This document shows positions 9,683-16,797 of a stretch of 28,344 nucleotides of DNA, piece after piece. This DNA comes from Gemmatimonadales bacterium. GTDB lineage: Bacteria > Gemmatimonadota > Gemmatimonadetes > Gemmatimonadales > GWC2-71-9. The translations under genes were made by a program, and so were the position numbers. Below the pieces are notes generated by a model. It saw nothing but the letters and a program-made list of their open reading frames with translations. It searched no databases and had not been told where the DNA came from. Location: contig JARRLJ010000010.1 in NCBI GenBank assembly GCA_037387025.1, positions 1 through 28,344 of the forward strand, read 5' to 3'. Each line of letters starts with the position of its first letter. Position 1 is the stretch's first letter.

Positions 9683-9710
9683 AGGAGTAGTTAATACTAC
9701 TACTATACCA
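9682..9710 (-). promoter_or_regulatory. Extended -10 (TG-G-TATAGT) overlapped by an inverted repeat, candidate promoter/operator of the TrmB-family gene
   Basis: The + strand reads TAGGAGTAGT-TAAT-ACTACTACTA (9682-9705; 9 of 10 positions complementary). The minus strand reads TGG-TATAGT at 9710-9702. Confidence 0.55.
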
Positions 9711-9759
9711 CTGCCGGTGACGCAATGCCGGATCTGGCCGTGAATGCAGCGCGACGTCC

Positions 9760-10866
9760 CTAGCTGTACTCCAAGTTCCAGCCAGCCAGTCTGGCAATCA
9801 ACGCCAGTCTGAACGTCACGTCTGCCTTTTTGCCCTCTGCCGAGCGGGTATCGGCTTCAAGGGGGAAGGCAAAATCGGCCAGTCCGGATGCGCTCTTTGG
9901 CACCGCCCTCAAGTTTTTGGGGCTCCACACGCCGCTCTCGTCGCAGTCCTTGAGAAGCCGCCCTAGGATTCTCACCGCCGTCGGTGATTCCTCCAGTAAT
10001 CCAAGCCGGGCCAGAATTTCGAGCCAGTGGAGTGCGAACGGGATGTCTTTCGCGTTTCCAGCGCTGTCGGCGTGGAGTGGGTCTCCCAAGAGGTGGAAAG
10101 TTGGCTTGACCACCTTCTTGCCGATCTGGATTACGTAAGTCTTCTTCGCTGCAGGCCGTGTAATGAAAGCCCCCAACCGCTCCACGAATCCTGCGCGCTC
10201 TCGCTGAAGGCGCGGCAGGTGCGCCAACATCGCCACCGAGAATACTGTGGGAGGCCGCGCATCGGGATGCAGAATATTGCGGGAACCCTTCCTCACAATG
10301 GGCTTATCAGCGATTTCGCTCCGCAAGAACTGTGACACCTGGCTCAGGATTCGGTGAGCTGACCCCCTGACACGCGGATCCTCGTTCTTGCCGGCCTGCG
10401 CGAGGCCCGCTGTGACGGCTTCCCGCATTAGGTTACGGGCCCAGTCGCCCAAATCTGGGTTTGTCTTTGCATGCTTTTGGTACTCGAACAGCAGCGACGG
10501 ATCGTTGTCGCGCGACAAGACCCTGTGAAACAGACGCTCTGCTAGTCGAAGTGGTCTTTGCGATCGCGACAGCCCCAGTTCCAACAAGTGCCGGTATTGA
10601 GCCACTGTACCGACATCTTTTATACCCTGAGCCTTTGATGGCGCGATCCCGAGCATGTTGCCGCTCCAGGATCCATTGCTGCGCTGCTTCTTGGCAGTCT
10701 GCTTGACCAACTTGTACTGCTCTACCTCGCGCCGCAGGGCCACCATGTCGGCCTCGGTAGCGGAACCTGGTGGCAGAATGTCACTTACGGTGCGCCACCG
10801 GATCGAAGGGCCCGAATTCTCGCGGATCCAGGTGACGGGGACGGTGTGTGATCCGGACAGTTCCAG
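9760..10866 (-). CDS. Hypothetical protein, probable (alpha/alpha) prenyltransferase/squalene-cyclase-like fold. Probable CTG start.
   Basis: The track ORF starts at ATG 10746, but the frame is open upstream to a TAG at 10884-10882. AGAGGT lies 6 nt before CTG 10866. QW-like motifs QRSNGSW and DESGVW. Confidence 0.65.
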   Translation of the reverse strand: MELSGSHTVPVTWIRENSGPSIRWRTVSDILPPGSATEADMVALRREVEQYKLVKQTAKKQRSNGSWSGNMLGIAPSKAQGIKDVGTVAQYRHLLELGLSRSQRPLRLAERLFHRVLSRDNDPSLLFEYQKHAKTNPDLGDWARNLMREAVTAGLAQAGKNEDPRVRGSAHRILSQVSQFLRSEIADKPIVRKGSRNILHPDARPPTVFSVAMLAHLPRLQRERAGFVERLGAFITRPAAKKTYVIQIGKKVVKPTFHLLGDPLHADSAGNAKDIPFALHWLEILARLGLLEESPTAVRILGRLLKDCDESGVWSPKNLRAVPKSASGLADFAFPLEADTRSAEGKKADVTFRLALIARLAGWNLEYS

Positions 10867-10994
10867 GATAGTACCTCTGTTCTAAGCACGAATCCGGCGT
10901 GGGCGCGCGAGAAGTTACCGTTTTGGACGCCATTCGGCCAGTGCCTCGGGACTGAGCCCGAGCTGTGGCCTGGCTGATATAGCGCGCGCGCGGC

Positions 10995-11834
10995 TCACTT
11001 GGGCACGGTAGCTGATTCACATCTTGCTTTCGCGATCGTCCCTGGCCGGCCGAACACGGCTTCGCTGGTCAACACCACCCACTCGTGGTCCAGGAAATCG
11101 ACAGATTCACCCTGGATCTGCTGCATGCCGATCCAGCACGGTGGTCCCAGCTGGTGTAGCAGGCGGCTACCGTCCGTGTGGATTCTGAAGAAGAACAGCT
11201 CGGTGTAGGTCCGCACCGCCAGCAAGCTACCATCGGGCGAGATCGCCGCCGCAGTTACCATTCGATCGAGTCTTTGATGCTGTTCGATTGGGAGTGATTC
11301 TGAGGCAAGCGCGGCAATAGTCCCGCCGTCGGCTGAGGGTTGAACCCAATAAACATTAGAGCTGTGATTTCCTCCTTTCGTGATAAGCAGTAACGTACCG
11401 TCACGATCAACGCCAAGGGCCTCCACGTCCTGCGGTCCTTCGAGGTAGCGCACCTTGATTACGTGAGCGACATTAGCCACGGCAGTTCCGCTGGCCGGAA
11501 ACTCAGCAGGGTTCGGTTCACGGACCACATAGATCGCCACCGACTGGCGTCGCTCTTCATTGTCCCCAGTGTCTGCTATGTACAGGCAGTCACCTGGTCC
11601 AACTCGCGCCGGGCATCTGGAAAGGGCGATGTCTTCCCAGTCCACGGCACGCGTGCCTTCCAAGCGGAAGCTACCATGGTCTCTACCGGCAAGATCGATG
11701 GCATAGACGATGGGGTCGTCTCCCGAAAACGAAGCAGCTCTACTGGACTGAGATGCCACTGCGGTCGCGTTCGCGGCCGTCATAGCGAACAGGAACGCTG
11801 ACTTCACAACAGGGTTTGCGACCAACCCGCTCAT
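10995..11834 (-). CDS. Secreted beta-propeller-type protein of unknown function, possibly missing an N-terminal segment
   Basis: GAGGG 5 nt before ATG 11834 and a signal-peptide-like N-terminus. Motifs DWEDIA, LYIADTGDN, DVEAL and VTAAAISPDGSLLAVRTY are typical repeat blades. Confidence 0.75.
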   Translation of the reverse strand: MSGLVANPVVKSAFLFAMTAANATAVASQSSRAASFSGDDPIVYAIDLAGRDHGSFRLEGTRAVDWEDIALSRCPARVGPGDCLYIADTGDNEERRQSVAIYVVREPNPAEFPASGTAVANVAHVIKVRYLEGPQDVEALGVDRDGTLLLITKGGNHSSNVYWVQPSADGGTIAALASESLPIEQHQRLDRMVTAAAISPDGSLLAVRTYTELFFFRIHTDGSRLLHQLGPPCWIGMQQIQGESVDFLDHEWVVLTSEAVFGRPGTIAKARCESATVPK

Positions 11835-11902
11835 GGTGTCCCTCATCATGGAATAGTATCCACGAGGTTGCTTGGGTGGGAGTGAGCAATCATGTTCCAA
11901 CC

Positions 11903-13915
11903 ATGACCGAAACGTTGCTAGAGCGTCCTGTAACCACGCTACCTGACAAGCTGCAGCTGGAAGGACGCATTCTGTATCTGGTCGACGATCCTGATCTGAT
12001 CCGGCGACAGCTGGAAGGACACGATTTGGGCTGGCCAAACGACATCGACCTGCGCGACGATATTTCGACAGACGAGATCACCCCGGCGTACATCTGCTAC
12101 TACTATGACGAAACGTTGGGTGAGTTCCCGTACCTGGGGCTCAAGGCTGGAGACGAGTTCCCCGTAACCCGTGGTGCGGTCAAGAACGGTGGATTCGTCT
12201 GCTCCGTCAGTGGCAAACGGCGCGGCAAGGGATCGTCGCGAGAACAGTCTCCTTACGCGGAGAAGTGCGCCGGGATCCGGGTTGTCGTCGCTGAAAACAT
12301 CGAACGCATCTATCGCGAGAACTGTCAAAACCTAGGTATTCTGACGAGCACCAATTTTTCCCTGATCGAGATGATCAGGAGCGGCGATCCCATTCCGCTG
12401 TCCGCGTTCACTAAAGGGGAAGGCGCTATCACGAAAGAGGTAGTTCGACACGGTGGTCTATTTGAATACAACGTGGCCCGCCTCCAAGGGAAGGTGAAGC
12501 CGCCAGTCGTCACAACATCGGCACGGCCGATGACGCTGGGTGAGAAGATCATCGCACGTCACTGGGTGCGCGATCTTGCACAGGATGCTGTCGGCATCCC
12601 TTACATCGCGCCGGGCAATGAAGGCTTCGTACGTACCGACATACGGTTCAGTCACGAGTACGTGACTCCCATGGCGGCAATCTTCTGGGAACACTTCGTA
12701 GGTTCCGAAGAACGCATTGCCGATCCCGATTCCGTATTCCTATTCCGTGACCATCTGACGTTTCTCGACATCGCGATGACGGATCAGCGCAAGGCCCAGG
12801 GCTTGCTGGATGTCGCGCTGGAGCTGAAGAGAAAGCAAGAGGAGTTTGCTGAAAAACAGTCAGTCAAGCTGTACGGTGAACTGCCGCGTTCCGCTCAAGA
12901 CATGAGGGCGAGGGGGTCCGAGGCGATCTGCCATTCCAAGATCCTCGAGCAACATGCTCTTCCGGGCCACCTCATTATCGGCAGCGATTCGCATACTCCG
13001 CACGCGGGTGCTATAGGATCAGTTGCATTTGGAGTCGGTACGACGGCGATATTCAATTCGTGGCTCACCAAGGATGTGCGACTCAAAGTGCCCCCGTCTG
13101 TGCTGATTCGGGTGTCGGGCGGCAAGCCGCACAACGTGACTGCGAAGGATTTCATGCTACAGATTCTGCGTCACCCCTACGTGAAGAATGGTAATGCGAT
13201 CGGTAAGATCGTCGAATACGCAGGCGAAGCAGTTGAGGAGTTGTCGGTGGATGAGCGGGCGACCATGACAAACATGGCTGCTGAGGTAGGTGCGTTCACC
13301 GGTATAATCCGACCCGATGAGCCAGTGGTGGAATACTTGGTGCGAGAGCGGCACCTAGATGCCGACGAAGTCCGCAAATCGTTCGACGGGCTGTATTCGG
13401 ATGAAGGCGCTAACTATGAGGAAGTGATCGACTTCGAGGCATCTGATTTACGTCCGCTCGTGGCTCTCCCCGGGGACCCAGGGAACGGTCTATTTATCGA
13501 GGAGCTAGGTGACCCTGTCAAGATAGACATTGCATACGCTGGGTCCTGCACTGCGGGCAAGAAATCTGACATGGACATGTATGCGCGTGTCTTTGACCAA
13601 GCTCGACAGAATGGTCAAAGCGTCCATCCCGAGGTGCACTGCTTTATCCAATGCGGCTCACAAGAAGTGAAGCAGTACTGTGAAGATCGGGGGTACCTCA
13701 AATTGTTCCGCGATGTTGGTGCTCAGTTCATCGAGCCATCCTGTGGAGCATGCATCAACGCTGGCCCTGGCGTCTCCTACGATCGGGAGACGGTCACCCT
13801 GAGTGCGATTAATCGGAACTTTCCAGGTCGCTCAGGTCCGGGGCAACTGTACCTAGCAAGCCCGTACACAACGGCAGCGAGCGCCATTGCAGGCTACATA
13901 ACAGCTTGGAACTGA
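11903..13915 (+). CDS. Aconitase/isopropylmalate isomerase family protein, single-chain with small (LeuD-like) domain N-terminal to large (LeuC-like) domain
   Basis: N-terminal GKGSSREQSP...GIRVVVAENIERIYRENCQNLG (swivel-domain GSSRE motif). C-terminal GSDSHT, GSCT and PSCGAC (three [4Fe-4S] Cys) plus NRNFPGR and YLASP. Confidence 0.9.
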   Translation: MTETLLERPVTTLPDKLQLEGRILYLVDDPDLIRRQLEGHDLGWPNDIDLRDDISTDEITPAYICYYYDETLGEFPYLGLKAGDEFPVTRGAVKNGGFVCSVSGKRRGKGSSREQSPYAEKCAGIRVVVAENIERIYRENCQNLGILTSTNFSLIEMIRSGDPIPLSAFTKGEGAITKEVVRHGGLFEYNVARLQGKVKPPVVTTSARPMTLGEKIIARHWVRDLAQDAVGIPYIAPGNEGFVRTDIRFSHEYVTPMAAIFWEHFVGSEERIADPDSVFLFRDHLTFLDIAMTDQRKAQGLLDVALELKRKQEEFAEKQSVKLYGELPRSAQDMRARGSEAICHSKILEQHALPGHLIIGSDSHTPHAGAIGSVAFGVGTTAIFNSWLTKDVRLKVPPSVLIRVSGGKPHNVTAKDFMLQILRHPYVKNGNAIGKIVEYAGEAVEELSVDERATMTNMAAEVGAFTGIIRPDEPVVEYLVRERHLDADEVRKSFDGLYSDEGANYEEVIDFEASDLRPLVALPGDPGNGLFIEELGDPVKIDIAYAGSCTAGKKSDMDMYARVFDQARQNGQSVHPEVHCFIQCGSQEVKQYCEDRGYLKLFRDVGAQFIEPSCGACINAGPGVSYDRETVTLSAINRNFPGRSGPGQLYLASPYTTAASAIAGYITAWN

Positions 13916-13933
13916 GATTGAAGAGCGGCAGTT

Positions 13934-15127
13934 TCAAGGTCTTGTGGCCACAGCGCTTGACCTTCCATTGCTTCTAAACGCTGCTGCCGGGTAACGTCCA
14001 CTGGCGTTCCAGAGTATCCAATCGGTCAACCCTAGCTCTTCGACGGCATTGATCTCCGCTCTGACCTCTGCGGCAGTGTAGCGCACTCTGCGGATGGAGA
14101 ATGACTGCAAGAATGGTCTGATCGTTGCGGCGCCTTGGATGCTCGACGCCCGTCGCATGCCGTCGGCTAGAGCACGTCGGACTGTTTCGTATGGTTCGGC
14201 GTTCGGCCATGCGAGACCATACGCCCCGCGATAGTAATGACTGGGGTAAACCATCGGCAGTACGACGTCGGCAACGGCTAGCACGTCCTCCCAGTACTGT
14301 CCGATTCCCAAGTCGTTCGTTGCGCTAGTGGCCAAACCAAACACGTCTAGTGTGAAAGGAATGCCGAGCGGCTCGAGGCGGTCTCGTGCCAGTTGTAGAT
14401 TGCGCCTTATTCCGGCTCGTCGCGACTCCCCCCGTTGCCGCGCAGGGAACCTGGCGCGAGCAAGCAACTCAGCTGGTTCGTCGGGGAATCGCACGTAGTC
14501 AAACTGGATCTCACGGAATCCCATCAGCACCGCTTCCGCTGCGATGTCGGCCGCGTAGATCCAGACTGAATCTCGGTACGCGTCAACCCACGCGTCGCCA
14601 AACCGGTCCTCCCAAGTTCCGCCGCCAGTGTCCCGCACGGACCACCCCGGCTTGTGCTTCGCAAGCAACGGGTCTTTTGCCACAACAATCCGCGCGATCG
14701 GATGGATCCCGTGGGCGCGCAGCACGGCCAGGCGCTCTCGAACATCCTTAACCCGAGGCAGTCGGTTGGCGCCGATGGCCACCGCCGTCGGGACACTCGA
14801 CCGGTATGTCAGGTAGCCGGTCCCGTCTTTTACGTCGATTACAAAGGCGTTTATCTCGGTCGTGTCCGCAAGGGCCACCAAGTCGTAGAACTTCCTGGAC
14901 CCGAATCCCCATGCATTGATGTAGATGCCCTTGACTACCGCGGGCGGTCTTCCTGGTGGCGGCGGCGGCAGTTGTATGGAGGCGGCGCCGTGAGGCATGA
15001 TCTCCGCAACATAGTTGGGTCGCAGGTCTCCCCGATAAAGGTCGGTCCATGAAGTGCGCTCGTCCTGCTGCGCAGCAAGGCTGCCTGCGTAGAGTATGAC
15101 GAACGATACTGTGAGAGTCTGCTTCAT
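13934..15127 (-). CDS. Putative glycoside hydrolase, DUF4015 family, exported
   Basis: Signal-peptide-like N-terminus. Motifs VKGIYI, INAFVIDVKD, IARIVVAKD, GFREIQFDYVRFPD, PMVYPSHY and IRPFLQSF. Confidence 0.85.
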   Translation of the reverse strand: MKQTLTVSFVILYAGSLAAQQDERTSWTDLYRGDLRPNYVAEIMPHGAASIQLPPPPPGRPPAVVKGIYINAWGFGSRKFYDLVALADTTEINAFVIDVKDGTGYLTYRSSVPTAVAIGANRLPRVKDVRERLAVLRAHGIHPIARIVVAKDPLLAKHKPGWSVRDTGGGTWEDRFGDAWVDAYRDSVWIYAADIAAEAVLMGFREIQFDYVRFPDEPAELLARARFPARQRGESRRAGIRRNLQLARDRLEPLGIPFTLDVFGLATSATNDLGIGQYWEDVLAVADVVLPMVYPSHYYRGAYGLAWPNAEPYETVRRALADGMRRASSIQGAATIRPFLQSFSIRRVRYTAAEVRAEINAVEELGLTDWILWNASGRYPAAAFRSNGRSSAVATRP

Positions 15128-15170
15128 ACGCTCACTTTGACAGCGTGCTGCCGGACGAATGAGAACCGCA

Positions 15171-16625
15171 CTATTTCGGGCCGATGTGATTGTCGAGCTG
15201 GGCCAAATAAGCCATTACAGACCGGGCACGCGCTAAGGACAGCGGGTTGTTGATCGCGTCGGTGCCGGTCGCATCAGTGTGACCAGCGACCTCGATACGC
15301 ACGTCTGGATACTCGACCAAGGATGCAGCCACGAGGTCGAGAATGGCATACGATTCCTGGGTCAACCTCGATCGGCTGGTCTCGAAATTGACACCTCTCA
15401 GCACCAAGGGGCCTCGTTCACCTTGTTGGGTGACGAATTCCCCTTGCTCGATGATGAACAGCACCGGGCATCCGACTTCGTCTACCGGGTGCCCTGGAGC
15501 CGTATTCGGGCAGTTGTCACGGGGGTCGGGCACGCCGTCGCCATCGGAGTCCGTCAGGGCGCAGCCCCGCTCATCCACTGGCGTGTTTGGCGCAGTGTTG
15601 GGGCACTGATCTGCACTGTCCAAGACGCCGTCGAGATCTCCGTCCGTGGGACAGCCGGTTTCGTCCACAGCCACACCAGCTGGCGTGGCTGGACATAGGT
15701 CCAGGCCATCTAGGATGCCATCGGCATCGGTGTCCAGCGGGCAGCCAATGGCATTGACGTCGGCTCCTTGTGGCGTGTCGGGGCATTGGTCGGGTCCGTC
15801 GAGTACGCCGTCCTGGTCGGAATCCGCCGGGCAGCCGGTCGAATCCACGATGGCGCCAGCCGGAGTGTCAGGGCAGATATCGATTCCGTCGAAGACTCCG
15901 TCCGTGTCTGCGTCTGCCGGACAGCCCCGTTCATCCACGCTTGCTCCCGTCGGTGTCCCAGGACATGCGTCCGGTCCGTCGAAGACTCGATCCCCGTCGC
16001 TGTCCAATGGACAGCCCTGTTGGTCGACGGTTACTCCCTGTGGTGTACCTGGACAGAGGTCACGCTTGTCAGGAACCAGGTCCATGTCCGAGTCTCGTGG
16101 TGGGCCTCCGAACGCAAAAATCGAAACGCCCGCAGCTGCACTCAGGTTGACAACGCGGAATTTGCCGGCGGGCGCAAATGACCCACGGCCTTCGAGTCTC
16201 AGCGCTGCCCTACCGCCCAGTGAGATTCGATTGCCCACCAACGCGTTGAGGGCTCCTTCATCGCTGTAAACCGCGCCCCGGTAGTACTGTCGTTCGTAAC
16301 CGGCGCCGAGATAGAAGGCGTTCCACGAGGTGACATGTCCGTAAGCAACGAGATCGGCCGCCAGTCTGGCGACCCTGACACGGCTCCCAGTCACCTTCTG
16401 TTCTGTTACGGTGTAATCACCGTTCACTTCAAGTGCAAACACACGAGTAAGGAACAAACCAATCCGGCCTCCGCCACCAAACTGGTGTTTGAGGCTGAGA
16501 CTGTCGTCGTACTGGGTGACGGTGCCTAGAATCCCGAGTTCCACTTGGCCTCCGGACCCTGTCTGTGCAGATCCAGATGCCGCAATTAGCCAGCTCAGGC
16601 ATGCCGCAAGCGTTATCTGACGCAT
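15171..16625 (-). CDS. OmpA-family protein: outer-membrane beta-barrel, seven thrombospondin type 3 repeats, OmpA-C domain with an incomplete end
   Basis: Signal peptide from MRQITL and an alternating barrel-like N-domain. OmpA-C motifs VNFETSRS, EVAGHTD and NNPLSLARARSV are present, but the expected GYGE and NRRVE segments are absent. Confidence 0.85.
   Translation of the reverse strand: MRQITLAACLSWLIAASGSAQTGSGGQVELGILGTVTQYDDSLSLKHQFGGGGRIGLFLTRVFALEVNGDYTVTEQKVTGSRVRVARLAADLVAYGHVTSWNAFYLGAGYERQYYRGAVYSDEGALNALVGNRISLGGRAALRLEGRGSFAPAGKFRVVNLSAAAGVSIFAFGGPPRDSDMDLVPDKRDLCPGTPQGVTVDQQGCPLDSDGDRVFDGPDACPGTPTGASVDERGCPADADTDGVFDGIDICPDTPAGAIVDSTGCPADSDQDGVLDGPDQCPDTPQGADVNAIGCPLDTDADGILDGLDLCPATPAGVAVDETGCPTDGDLDGVLDSADQCPNTAPNTPVDERGCALTDSDGDGVPDPRDNCPNTAPGHPVDEVGCPVLFIIEQGEFVTQQGERGPLVLRGVNFETSRSRLTQESYAILDLVAASLVEYPDVRIEVAGHTDATGTDAINNPLSLARARSVMAYLAQLDNHIGPK
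15465..16094 (-). repeat. Seven 30-codon TSP3-like Ca-binding repeats (DxDxDGVxDxxDxCPxTP...VDxxGCP)
   Basis: 630 nt = 7 x 90 nt. Units begin DSDMD, DSDGD, DADTD, DSDQD, DTDAD, DGDLD and DSDGD. Confidence 0.9.
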
Positions 16626-16797
16626 TCTGGTGTACCCGTATCTCGTTGCATACAGGAATTTAAGGCAACTCACTTATAGTGCTATTGTAGATGTAGCTGT
16701 CGTGCAGCAACATTCCCAGCCGGTACCAATAATGATGGTTCTCGGTTTGGCGTCTGCGTCAGACATCACATTCGTCGGGCCGGGTTGGGATCTCCCC

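Noticed and set aside
10890-10990. SAM-I riboswitch resemblance on the minus strand (GAGGCACTGGCCGAATG)
   Set aside because: Lacks the ATC.AGAG / GCAACC / GTGC.AA core in the right order, and the downstream gene is unrelated to sulfur metabolism.
11835-12038. Long 5' extensions of track ORFs 10995..12038 and 11816..13915 overlapping head-to-head
   Set aside because: The extensions are non-homologous; ATG 11834 (with SD) and ATG 11903 remove the overlap.
15279-16269. Several long + strand ORFs antisense to the OmpA/TSP3 gene
   Set aside because: Shadow ORFs caused by the repetitive GC-rich coding strand; no motifs.
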